From the NCBI GenBank assembly GCA_051313645.2, contig JBNRSN020000024.1, positions 48,794,001-48,858,000 on the forward strand: DNA of 64,000 bases, given 5' to 3'. The translations under genes were made by a program, and so were the position numbers. Positions 27,466-38,387 of this stretch are shown here, one piece after another. Every line of letters starts with the position of its first letter. Position 1 is the first letter of the stretch. Under the pieces are notes generated by a model. That model was not told where the DNA came from and searched no databases. It saw nothing but the letters and a program-made list of their open reading frames with translations. The stretch is from Centroscyllium fabricii. Lineage: Eukaryota.

Positions 27466-27502
27466 CTCATAATTACTTAGCATTGCTGCATTTGCGTCTT
27501 TT
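27466..27502 (-). CDS. CRCP: CRCP internal exon, (x)KDANAAMLSNYE
   Basis: 37-bp exon with acceptor tttttgtatttcag and donor gtaaat. Matches recalled MEVKDANSALLSNYE. Confidence 0.93.
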
Positions 27503-27740
27503 CTGAAATACAAAAATGAGAACGTTTTGATTTGAAAAAGTAAGTACACAAAAGACAATTCATTGAGTACAGAACATATTTTCTTTTACAAGCTTCACAT
27601 TGCCATAACTTAGCAGTGAATGAACACACCCCAGTATTCATTGGCAGCGGTTCCTGCATAGTATCTAACCATTTTGAAGGAATTTCTGACCACAAAGCAA
27701 AATTTCAATATCTGGATTTTAGTTCAGAGTTAGATATATA

Positions 27741-28734
27741 GGCATCAATTTTCCCATAGGTGCGGGGAATTGGCGGGTTTCGGGCGGGTCAGGTTTCTGA
27801 CCCAAATGTTGAAGGGCCTGGGAGGCCCAAGCAAATTTGGCTCAATTGACTAATTAATTCCTCGCGGCGGGAACCCCTGCCAATTGACTGATTTAAGACA
27901 GAAAGCCGTCGGGGTTCGCGCTGTGTAACCACAAGAGCCCTTGATTGACAAGTCTAAGTAGTTTGGAGTGCTTGTATCTGTTGACCGAGTGCTTTGTGAT
28001 GTCATAATGCCGTGTAACCACAAGCCCTTGATTGACAAGTCTAAGTAGTTTGGAATGCTTGTATCTGTTGACTGAGTGCTTTGTGATGTCATAATGCCGT
28101 GTAACCACAAGCCCTTGATTGACCAGTCTAAGTAGTTTGGAATGCTTGTATCTGTTGACTGAGTGCTTTGTGATGCCATAATGCCCTGTAACCACAAGCC
28201 CTTGATTGACAAGTCTAAGTAGTGTGTTTCACTGGCAACCTCTTGACAGCTAGGGAAGATCTATCTGTTAATCAGTAGAAATAAGCTGGAAGGCGAGTTT
28301 TTGAAAGGTTTTTTCCCACTGGTCTTGTTCACCCTAGGGATACAGTTAGTCCCGATGCAGGCTGGAGTCCAGGGATGGCTTCTGCTGCAGCTGCTTGAAT
28401 GATAGTCAGGAAGTCACTAGTGTCCCCGCCAGGTTTCACCGGCGGCGTTTCAGGCTGGCGGGTTATGGGTGGGAAACGCTTCAAAATCGTGGGGGGGCCC
28501 TTAAAATGGCATTATACATGGCAAATAAGGGTCCCTAATGAGCCTAACGACCATCCCCGTCAGTCGCCGGCAGGAAAGATTCGGGACGGACAGACACGGC
28601 GGCGGGAAATCGCAAAGCGGCGGAGATCCGGCGGCCGGAGGGGGGGGGGGGGGGTGTCGGGACCCCCCGGCTTTGGTATTTTGTGCCCATCCCCGGCGAA
28701 AAGCCTGCCTGACGGCTCACTGAAAATTGACGCC
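27741..28734. mobile_element. Non-autonomous Harbinger-like element with an internal 87-bp tandem repeat
   Basis: TIR GGCATCAATTTTC / GAAAATTGACGCC, 3-bp ATA duplication. About 3.4 copies of an 87-bp unit at ~27922-28222. Confidence 0.78.
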
Positions 28735-29161
28735 ATAGTTTTAGCAGGTCCATTGAATCAAGTTCTGTTTTTTTATTACAGAATATTGTGGGAGTGTTTA
28801 TGGCATTTTCAGGTTCGAAGTCCTAGATTGTGGGCATATTTACAAATGTTGTTTGATAAAGGAAGAAAAAGAAAGACTTACATTTATATGGTGCCTTTCA
28901 TGACCACCAGGCATCCCAAAGCGCTTTACACAGAATGAAGTATGTTTGAAGTGTAGTCACTGTTGTAATGTGGGAGGATTAAATAGCATAATGGAGAATG
29001 TATTATTGTGCTGGTTTATTTTAGGTGTAGTTGGGAATAAAAAGATTGTTGGCTAAAATAAAGAATTGAAAGTAAAAGAGTAAATGGTAGAGGGGAATTA
29101 CATCAAAATTTAAATGAAATGAATTTCATTGAAAATAAGAGTGGTATATTAAAGCTTAATA

Positions 29162-29403
29162 CAGTAAACTCTTGTTTAAACAGTACCTAATCAACCAGAA
29201 TTCTTCAATAAACGGCAAAATAGATAGCCGGTAATCTTGCCGAATCCATCATTTTTCATAGTCAGAGTTTCCCACGGTGGCTGAGTTAGTCACCGGTTTT
29301 TATTTTTTTGTGTTAAAAATTGCCTACCTCTCTGTTATCCAGAATTTTTACTCAACCGGCACCATCCCAGTCCCGTCAGTGCCGGCTACGAAAGAGTTTA
29401 CTG
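29162..29403. mobile_element. Tigger-like MITE
   Basis: TIR CAGTAAACTCTT / AAGAGTTTACTG, TA flanks. Confidence 0.75.
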
Positions 29404-29490
29404 TATATATTTATAGAGGTTTATGAATAACGGAAATGCAAGTTAAAACAAAGTTGAAAATATGGACTACATTCAAATGTATTTCTTATA

Positions 29491-30051
29491 CAGGTTGAGC
29501 ACCGAAAATCTGTGACCCGAAACGCCGGCAGCTTCAGTCTGCCGGAACAAATTGCCCCGACTGCACTGCGCATGCGCAAAATGGCAGCCGCAATCGCGGC
29601 TTCGGCGAATGATCTGCGCATGTGCCGCCGAACGGCGAGCGCATGCGCAGATCATTGAAAACGGCTGCCGGGTGTTTTGAATGATCTGCGCATGCGTCGC
29701 CAGATGGCTAGCGCATGCGCAGATCATTCAAAACAGCCGCCGGACGAGCCGGGCCTTCCGTGGCACCAGGGCGCGGCGGCTCGCGCTGCGTTTTGAATGT
29801 GCGAGTCCCGAGCGCCCGCCAAGCTGAAGCGCGCGGTTTCCCGGAGCAGCCTGCAGGCCGTCATCAGGAGGCACAAACCGCAGTTGAGACTCCACAAAGA
29901 CGTTCGGCGGCCATTTCCAATGTTGTGCGCATGTGCGCGGCCATTTTGCATGGTGCGCGCATGCGCACTGACCGACTTCATTCTGCCGTTTTTTTCACTT
30001 TCCCGGCACGGGCCTGGTCCCGCCCGTGCCGGATTTCCGGTGCTCAACCTG
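29491..30051. mobile_element. Tigger/pogo-like MITE, relative of 24294-24846 in the opposite orientation
   Basis: TIR CAGGTTGAGCACCG / CGGTGCTCAACCTG, TA flanks, shared subterminal CCGGCACGGGCGGGACCAGGCC. Confidence 0.85.
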
Positions 30052-30069
30052 TATATGTTTCTACACAAT

Positions 30070-30815
30070 GGGCCAATACTTCCGATGAGCCAGGAGGTTT
30101 TGGAGCCGGTAGCGCACCTGAGCTCCAAATCGCAGGGAGCAGCCGTTTCCAGCTGCTACCTGCCATTCCAAAGGTGTCCAGCGGGGGGGGTCGAGAGCTG
30201 CTGCGAGCTGGTTCGCATTCGCCTGCACACCAGGAGGTGCGCAGTGGACCTCTGTTTTTTTTCCGACTTTTATATCGGGGTAAGTATGGAAGATTTTACA
30301 CTTAAAAATATCAGACGTAACCACCCGTTTTTAGCAGGTAAGTCTTTATTTTATAGAATTTAAGTATTGTTTTTACAGGTTTTTAATTTGTTTAAACTTT
30401 AAAGACAGGTAAGTATTCTTTTAGGCCAGTTAAAGACTTTTTAAAAAAAATCTAAATTTTTATTTTTTCTTTAAAATAGGTAATTTATGTTAGTTAGAGT
30501 ATTGTTTTTTAAATTTTATTTTTGTGTTTAGATGTGTTTTTGAAGCTCTTCCTTTTCAAAAGTTACACAGATTTCTCCGTGTAAGTTTTGAATGGAAGAT
30601 TGCTTCCATTGATTGGCTCCCTGCCGATCATGTGGTCTCGTGCGATATCTCGCACTAATTGCGCCGTTCAGTTGCACCAGCAGGTCGCATAGAGCCTGAA
30701 GCAGCTGTACAACTCGGGAGTTCACAGCGTAAAATTTCAAAACGTCAAAAGTGCAGGGTAAGTGTAACTAGGAGCCCTGCACTCACACGAAGGCTCCAAG
30801 GCTAATTTCTGGGCC
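30070..30815. mobile_element. Non-autonomous Harbinger-like element, second family
   Basis: GGGCCA... / TTCTGGGCC termini, AAT duplication; paralog of 18716-19480. Confidence 0.72.
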
Positions 30816-30835
30816 AATGTGTAGATTAGCATCGA

Positions 30836-30924
30836 TGACGTGGAGGTGCCGGTGTTGGACTGGGGTGGACAATTGTAAGAAGTCACATAACACCAGGTTA
30901 TAGTCCAACAATTTTATTTGAAAT
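30836..30924 (-). repeat. Fragment of the 177-nt Penelope-related unit, without the ribozyme core
   Basis: GTGGAGGTGCCGGTGTTGGACTGGGGTGGACAATTGTAAGAAGTCAC...TTTTATTTGAAAT matches ~50799-50885. Confidence 0.8.
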
Positions 30925-31136
30925 TAACATCGCAATTGTATGGATTATTTTGGATATAGACAACTGTAATAAAAAATATTTATGGAATTTTATATTCGTG
31001 CAAGCGTCAGTTTGTGTGTTCAGAGAAGGTGTGTTGGTGAGTTCAGGTACCAAGAAGTTGCAGCATATCGTTTAACTAGAAGATAACTAGGGGGGAGAAG
31101 GGGGAGGGAGAGAGACTGGGGGGAGAAGGGGGGAGG

Positions 31137-32089
31137 ACATATAAATTGGCCAGAAAAAGCAGTAAACCTGAGGATTGGGAGCAGTTTAGGATTCAACAAA
31201 GGAGGACAAAGGGATTAATTAAGAGGGGCAAAATAGATTATGAGAGTAAGCTTTCAGGGAACATAAAAACCTGACTGTAAAAGCTTTTATAGATATGTGA
31301 AGAGAAAAAGATTGGTGAAGTCAAGCGGAGGTCCCTTGCAGTCAGAATCAGGGGAATTTATAATGGGGAACAAAGAAATGGCAGACCAATTAAATATATA
31401 CTTAGGTTCTGTCTTCACAAAGGAGGACACAAATAACCTCCCAGAGTTGTCGGGGAACATAGGATCTAATGAAAGGGAGGAACTTAATGAAATCAGTATT
31501 TGTAGGGAAATGGTGTGAGGGAAATTGACGGGATTGAAGGCCGATAAATCGCCAGGGCCTGATAATCTACATCCTAGGGTACTTAAGGAAGTGGCCCTAG
31601 AAATAGTAGATGCATTGCTGGTCATCTTCCAGAATTCGATCGACTCTGGAACAGTACCCATGGATTGGAGGGTAGCTAATGTTACCCCACTATTCAAAAA
31701 AGGTGGTAGAGAGAAAACAGGTAAGCCTGACATCGGTAGTGGGCAAAATGCTAGAGTCCATTATAAAAGATGTAATAGCAGAGCACTTGGAAAACAGTGA
31801 ACGGATCGGACAAAGTCAACATGGATTTACAAAGGGTAAATCGTTCTTGACTAATCGACTGGAATTTTTTGAGGATGTAACTGGTAAAGTAGATAAGGGA
31901 GAACCAGTGGATGTGGTGTATTTGGACTTTGAAAAGGCGTTCGATAAGGTCCCGCATAAGAGATTAACATGTAAACTTAAGGCACATGAGATTGGGGGCA
32001 AGGTATTGACTTGGATAGAGAACTGGTTGGCAGACAGAAAGCAAAGAGTTGGAATAAACGGGTCTTTTTCCGAGTGGCAGGCAGTGACT
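31137..32089 (+). mobile_element. CR1 LINE internal ORF2 fragment
   Basis: KSPGPDNLHPRVLKE, SQHGF, YLDFEKAFDKVPH, broken by stops. Confidence 0.88.
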
Positions 32090-33214
32090 TTCAGATTCAG
32101 AAATTCCAACTGGCATTTGGATCAACATTTTTAAATCAGTAATTGAGCCAATCGCACTTTATGGCAGTGAGGTGTGGGGTCTGCTAACATACCACGAATT
32201 TGCAAAATGGGACAAACACCCAATTGAGACCCTACAGGCTGAATTCTGTAAAAGTATCCTCTGGACTCAAGAGGAAAACCACAAACAATGCATGCAGGGC
32301 AGAGTTAGGCCAATATCCACTATTAATTAATATCCAAAAAAGAGCAATCATATTTTGGAAACATCTAAAATTGAGCAACCCCCACAGCTATCACTACAAA
32401 GCCCTGAAATGCCAAGAAGCGAAGATAAAGAGAAGTCCCCTCAGCCAACTTGTTCTTGGACTTAGCGAAGTAACTACTAACATTATTGGTAACAACCAGC
32501 CCCAGGACAGTGACATCCTAGCACTCAGAATTCGACCCAACACAATTATTACTAAACAAAGAGAAAAATATTTGACATACTGGACAGAAATGACAAAAAC
32601 CCAAAACAAACTAGATTGTTATTTGGCCCTAAACAGACAGTACACCATGGCTGATTACCTGACCATGGTGAAAGATAGCAAACTGAGAAAAACCCTGACA
32701 ATGTACAGACTTAGTGAGCACAGCCTAGCCATTGAAAAAGGCAGACACAGAAAGGCTTGGCTGCCCAGAGAGGAAAGGCTGTTCTCCCACTGCAGTCAGA
32801 GAGTGGTGGAAACAGAGCTGCATTTCCTCACAACTTGCGAAAACTATCAGGGCATAAGGGAGAATTTCTACCCAAAATTCGTAAAAACATGCCCTGAATT
32901 CAAAAATTTGAACAACCACCAAAAACTCCCATATCTATTGGGGGAACAGAGGGACTGTATAAAATTAGCGGCAAACTACGTCACAGCTTGCCATAAGCAG
33001 AGGGACAACTAGTGACCACTGAAGCTAAGAAGATTATATGAGATTTATATGTGGGTATATATGTATGTGTTTGCATAGTTATCCATTCACTATGTCTAGT
33101 TATGCATTTCTATGTTCAATTATATATGTCCTTTTTCTGTGCTTTGGCAACATAAGATGTATCTTGTCGTGCCTATAAAGCAATTTGAATTGAAAATTGA
33201 ATTGAATTGAAAAT
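32090..33214 (+). mobile_element. RTE-X-like LINE 3' fragment
   Basis: YGSEVWG, ACRAELG, YRLSEHSLAIEKGRH, ETELHFLTTC zinc-knuckle region, (AATTG)n tail; TGACT on both sides. Confidence 0.75.
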
Positions 33215-33215
33215 T

Positions 33216-33695
33216 GACTGGGGGAGAGATAGAGACTGGGGGAGAGAGAGAGACTGGGGGAGAGAGAGAGACTGGGGGAGAGAGAGAGACTGGGGTAGAG
33301 AGAGAGACTGGGGGAGAGAGAGAGACTGGGGGAGAGAGAGAGACTGGGGGAGAGAGAGAGACTGGGGGAGAGAGAGAGACTGGGGAGGGGAGAGAGACTG
33401 GGGGAGAGAGACACTGGGGCAGAGAGAGAGAGACTGGGGCAGAGAGAGAGAGACTGGGGCAGAGAGAGAGAGACTGGGGCAGAGAGAGAGAGACTGGGGC
33501 AGAGAGAGAGACTGGGGGAGAGAGAGACCGGGGGAGTGAGGGATGGGGAGAGAGAGACTGGGGGGAGAGAGAGGGACTGGGGGAGAGAGAGAGAGAGAGA
33601 CTGGGGGAGAGAGAGAGACTGGGGGGAGAGAGAGAGACTGGGGGGTGAGAGAGAGACTGGGAGGCAAGAGAGAGACTGGGGGAGAGAGAGAGACT
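33216..33695 (+). repeat. Purine-rich minisatellite (ACTGGGGGAGAGAGAGAG)n, left part
   Basis: Directly visible ~18-bp units with variable GA tract length. Confidence 0.97.
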
Positions 33696-34400
33696 CTTTT
33701 CCCAGGCAGAAGAACAGAAAAGATCTGGAGCCCCACCACGTCCACAGCCATGGAGGAGCTTGAACGGTCCAGCCATAATCCTCAAAAAGTTGAACATATC
33801 CTGATTCACACTGGAACAAATGATCTGAACATGCAAATAGACATACCTCAAGCATTAAATCAGATAGCAGTGATAGCTAACACAAAATTCCCCACAGCAA
33901 GGATAACCATATCCACTCTGCTACCCAGAAAAGACACACAACAGCAGGTAATCAACAAAATTAACGATGATATCCTCAAAAGATGTGCCCAACTGCCCAA
34001 CGTCCATGTGGCAAGACACGAACAGATAACACACCAGCACCTCCAAGACCGACTGCACCTCAACATGAGAGGCGTGAGTATATTGGCAAAGGACATCAAA
34101 GATATAGCCCTAAACCGGAACACAACCACCCAGTACATCAAGACCCCCCAACACACTAACACACCCGTCTACAGGGGCTCAAACCTTCCCAAAATGCAAA
34201 GAACCACCCTGCCCCAACTCGCCCTAACACATTCCCAGGTCCAGCAGCAACAACCACTCCAGCCAACAGCCCAGAGAGACAATTTTACCACTACAAATGC
34301 TAAGACAGTAAATCCCACACCTACCCAACTGCACCAAAATCAGATAAAAGACCTGTTGGCCATCATCTGTGATAAAATATTAGACATAATATGGAAATAA
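33696..34400 (+). CDS. 5'-truncated LINE ORF1 with SGNH/GDSL esterase-like domain
   Basis: ILIHTGTND, ISTLLPR and DRLHLN motifs; directly upstream of ORF2. Confidence 0.8.
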   Translation, partial: LFPGRRTEKIWSPTTSTAMEELERSSHNPQKVEHILIHTGTNDLNMQIDIPQALNQIAVIANTKFPTARITISTLLPRKDTQQQVINKINDDILKRCAQLPNVHVARHEQITHQHLQDRLHLNMRGVSILAKDIKDIALNRNTTTQYIKTPQHTNTPVYRGSNLPKMQRTTLPQLALTHSQVQQQQPLQPTAQRDNFTTTNAKTVNPTPTQLHQNQIKDLLAIICDKILDIIWK

Positions 34401-34522
34401 TAATTAATTTTCTTTTCTTTTTATAAACTAATAAAACAAATAAATATAAAAGCGAATGACTTTAGATTATAGATCGGATACTTCTTTGAAAACACTTCCA
34501 GCGAAGGAAATAAGTTCATAAA

Positions 34523-37500
34523 ATGGCATCATTCTCTATTAGTAGCTGGAACATCCAGGGCTTGTCTTCTACAGTATTTAGCTTGAAATCGACAAACCCA
34601 GAATTTATAAATAATATACAAAATACGGATATAATTATCTTGACTGAAACCTGGAACATAAAACACATAAACTCCAATTGCCCGATTAACTACATCGAAC
34701 TAATCGTCCCCTCTGTAAAACTGGCCCATGTCAAAAATGGCAGAGACTCCGGTGGGATCCTCGTATGGTATAAAGGGGAGCACAAAGACTCAATTTCAGC
34801 AGTCAAGAAAGGAAAAAACCATATTTGGATTAAGATCAATACAGGTATCTTGGAAAACAGCAGGGATGTCTATCTGTGTGCAGCCTATATCCCACCTTTA
34901 AATTCCCCCTACCACGTAGAGGAGGACTTTAAAAATCTCCAAAAGGAAATAAGTCACTTCCAAAATCTAGGATCAATCATACTAAGTGGTGACCTTAATG
35001 CCAGGACTGGTAGGGAGCCAGATTTTATCAGTGTGGAAGGAAACAAACATATATTTAGACAAACCCCTTCATACCAAACCTCCATAACCACACAGAGAAA
35101 AAGTTATGACAGTGTAGTAAATAAAACCGGCAAACAGGTAATTCAAATGTGCAAAGGTCTGGGTTTGTACATTATTAATGGCAGGTTCAGGGGGGACTCT
35201 CTAGGTAGATTCACCTACTGCTCCGTGCTGGGAAATAGCGTGGTAGATTATGCCATTACTGACATGGAACCTCAACATATCAATGCATTCGTAATCTCGC
35301 CCCAACTTCCCATATCAGACCACTGCCAAACAACCTTATACTTAAAAAAAGCAGTGACACACAAAGAGAACCCGGACACTAAACCCAACCTCTTCCCTCT
35401 TCCAAGGAAATACAAATGGACAGAGAATAGTACAACTGACTACACTGCAGCACTATACTGTGATGAAACACAATACATACTAGATACATTTCTGAATACA
35501 CAGTATCAACTCAATAAAAAAAACATTAATTTAGCCACATGCGATATAAACAAAATATTTATCCATTTGGCTAAAAAATCTAAACTAAAAATGTCAACAA
35601 ATAGAAAACCAAGCGCAAAACAAAAAGAGAAATGGTTTGACAAAGAATGCGCTTCATCAAGGAAAAAACTGAGGATATTGTCAAACGAAAAACATAGAAA
35701 CCAAAACGACCAGATAAAACGCAATGAATACCTTAAGGCCTTACAGCAATATAGGAAACAGCTCCGTGTAAAAAAAACACAATACATGGAGAGAGAACTA
35801 GCCAAAATCGAAAAAGCCGTCAACGAAAATACATTCTGGCAGTTATGGAAAAATATGAATCCAACTCCTCATAAAGAGAACACTCCAATCCAAAATGGCA
35901 AGATCTGGAAAAACTACTTTGAAGACCTTTATAAGAACCCAGAAAGTCACAGCCCAAACTCTAACCAGACCTCAATTATTGAAAAACTGAAAGTACTAGA
36001 GACTGCAATAAAAGATAACCAATGTGCTCTTGACTACCCCGTCACAATTAAAGAACTACAACAAAAACTCAAAACCCTTAAAAAAGGAAAGGCTTGTGGA
36101 ATCGACAACATTAACCCAGAAATGCTGAAACACAGTAGTCCTAAACTTCAGATTGCCATCCTGAAACTTTTTAACTTAGTACTGAAAACAGGAAGTTTCC
36201 CCACGATCTGGAACAAAGGACTCATCACCCCAATATTCAAAAACGGGGACAAATTTGACCCCAACAACTATAGAGGGATATGCGTCAATAGTAACCTTGG
36301 AAAAGTCTTCTGTAGCATACTCAACACCAGACTACAAACGTACCTAACTGAACACAACGTCCTATCAAAGAGCCAAATCGGTTTCCTACCCAAACATCAA
36401 ACATCAGACCACATTTACACTTTACATACACTCATCAAAAACCAGGTCCACAAAAAAAACAAAGGAAAAATATTTGCCTGTTTTGTAGACCTAAAAAAGG
36501 CATTTGACTCAATTTGGCATAATGGACTACTGTTTCAACTCCTCCAAAGTGGGATAGGTGGTAAAATATATGATCTAATTAAATCCAAATACTCTGCTAA
36601 CAAATGCTCTGTGAAAATTGGTCACAAAAGAACTGAGTTTTTCACTCAGAATCGAGGAGTTCACCAAGGCTGCAACCTATCTCCTACACTATTCAACATC
36701 TACATTAACAAACTGGCGAATATACTCGAACAATCCCCAAGTCCTACATTATCTCTACACGGAAAAGAAATCAAGTTCCTCATGTACGCAGACGACCTAG
36801 TCCTGATATCTCCTACAGAACAAGGTTTACAGCAGAACCTATCACTGTTAGAGAACTACTGTAAAAACTGGGCACTAGACATAAATCTAAATAAAACCAA
36901 GATTATGGTGTTCCAGAAAAAAGCCAGATCACAGGCATCCAAATACCGATTTAATCTAGGGGAAACCACATTACAACACACTACGGAATACAACTATCTA
37001 GGAATAACAATCAGTGCGTCGGGCAGATTCGACAAAGCCATGAATGCATTGACAGATAAAGCACGCAGGGCATACTATTGCATCAGACGGTCAATAAACA
37101 AATTCAACCCCCCAATAAAAATTTGGCTAAAAATCTTCAAAACGCTAATTCAACCTATTCTTCTGTATGGGAGTGAGGTATGGGGACCTCTTATAAACCA
37201 AAAACGCGCATCATGGGACACAAATCCTACAGAAAAACTACACCTTGAGTTCTGTAAAGACATCCTCAAAATCAATAGAAACAGCCCGAACCATGCCTGC
37301 AGAGCAGAGCTGGGTCAGTTCCCTTTGTCCGTCAACATGGAAAAAAGGGCCATTAAATTTCAGGCCCACTTAGCCCAGTCGAACCCCGAGTCCTACCAAC
37401 ACAGAGCATTCATGAACAACTCCCTCTGCTCAGAGACAGACCGTCTGCAACACATCAAGGAAACACATAATCTCCAAAATGAGGCCCTTCATAATCTTTC

Positions 37501-37993
37501 ACACAAAGATCTAAAAACAATAGACAACAAAAATAAATCAGAATACATCGGAAATTGGCTACACGAAATCAACTATATAAATAAATTAGAATGCTATCGA
37601 TCATTAAATAAAAATTACACATTAGCACAATACCTTGTTAATATAAAAAACCTCAAACAAAGACGGACATTAACAATGTACAGACTGAGTAACCACAAAC
37701 TAGAAATAGAAAAGGGACGCCATAGGAAACAATGGACACCAAGAGAAAAGAGGATATGTAAAAATTGTGATTCAGGAGAGATAGAAACGGAATTCCATTT
37801 TCTCCTCTCATGCCCAACATATGATTCCCTCAGAGGGGCTTTCCTGAATCAAGTTAGATACAATATCCCATCATATGACAGCAAAACAAGTGATGAAAAA
37901 ATACGGATATGTCTGGGAGAAGCACCAGAACTTCTCGAATTAGCTGCAGAATACGTGACAGCATGCCATGACGCAAGAGAACTATTGATATAA
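34523..37993 (+). CDS. Intact LINE ORF2 (APE endonuclease, RT, C-terminal CCHC), RTE-X-like; element spans 33696-38387
   Basis: 1156 aa uninterrupted: SWNIQG, LTETW, GDLNAR, VDY, SDH; FVDLKKAFDS, QGCNLSPTLF, YADD; CKNC..ETEFHFLLSC; AATAAA and a (GAAATT)n tail. The clade assignment is an inference. Confidence 0.9.
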   Translation: MASFSISSWNIQGLSSTVFSLKSTNPEFINNIQNTDIIILTETWNIKHINSNCPINYIELIVPSVKLAHVKNGRDSGGILVWYKGEHKDSISAVKKGKNHIWIKINTGILENSRDVYLCAAYIPPLNSPYHVEEDFKNLQKEISHFQNLGSIILSGDLNARTGREPDFISVEGNKHIFRQTPSYQTSITTQRKSYDSVVNKTGKQVIQMCKGLGLYIINGRFRGDSLGRFTYCSVLGNSVVDYAITDMEPQHINAFVISPQLPISDHCQTTLYLKKAVTHKENPDTKPNLFPLPRKYKWTENSTTDYTAALYCDETQYILDTFLNTQYQLNKKNINLATCDINKIFIHLAKKSKLKMSTNRKPSAKQKEKWFDKECASSRKKLRILSNEKHRNQNDQIKRNEYLKALQQYRKQLRVKKTQYMERELAKIEKAVNENTFWQLWKNMNPTPHKENTPIQNGKIWKNYFEDLYKNPESHSPNSNQTSIIEKLKVLETAIKDNQCALDYPVTIKELQQKLKTLKKGKACGIDNINPEMLKHSSPKLQIAILKLFNLVLKTGSFPTIWNKGLITPIFKNGDKFDPNNYRGICVNSNLGKVFCSILNTRLQTYLTEHNVLSKSQIGFLPKHQTSDHIYTLHTLIKNQVHKKNKGKIFACFVDLKKAFDSIWHNGLLFQLLQSGIGGKIYDLIKSKYSANKCSVKIGHKRTEFFTQNRGVHQGCNLSPTLFNIYINKLANILEQSPSPTLSLHGKEIKFLMYADDLVLISPTEQGLQQNLSLLENYCKNWALDINLNKTKIMVFQKKARSQASKYRFNLGETTLQHTTEYNYLGITISASGRFDKAMNALTDKARRAYYCIRRSINKFNPPIKIWLKIFKTLIQPILLYGSEVWGPLINQKRASWDTNPTEKLHLEFCKDILKINRNSPNHACRAELGQFPLSVNMEKRAIKFQAHLAQSNPESYQHRAFMNNSLCSETDRLQHIKETHNLQNEALHNLSHKDLKTIDNKNKSEYIGNWLHEINYINKLECYRSLNKNYTLAQYLVNIKNLKQRRTLTMYRLSNHKLEIEKGRHRKQWTPREKRICKNCDSGEIETEFHFLLSCPTYDSLRGAFLNQVRYNIPSYDSKTSDEKIRICLGEAPELLELAAEYVTACHDARELLI

Positions 37994-38387
37994 TTACGAA
38001 TGCTGTTATATATATATTCTGTTTGTAATGTTGTTATTATGTCTATTAATATCATATGTCTGGGAGAAACACCAAAACTTCTCGAGTTAGCTGCAGAATA
38101 CGTGACAGCATGCCATGACGCAAGAGAACACTTGAACATTGGACATCCCAGTCCCAATCAGATCACAGTTAAACCACTGTGACAAACTGCGTTTAAACTA
38201 TATATCTCTTAATATAATTACGGATGCTGTTATATATATTCTGTTTGTACTGTTGTTATTATGTCTATTAATATACTATTTTTTAATGTATATTACAATG
38301 CTTTGGCAACAAAGGTTGATACCATTCATGCCAATAAAGCTTTTTGAAATTGAAATTGAAATTGAAATTGAAATTGAAATTGAAATT

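Noticed and set aside
27590-27610. Candidate CRCP exon 1 (ATGGCAAT/gtgaag, minus)
   Set aside because: The phase fits, but the donor is weak, the peptide is MAI rather than the conserved MEV, and there is no promoter context.
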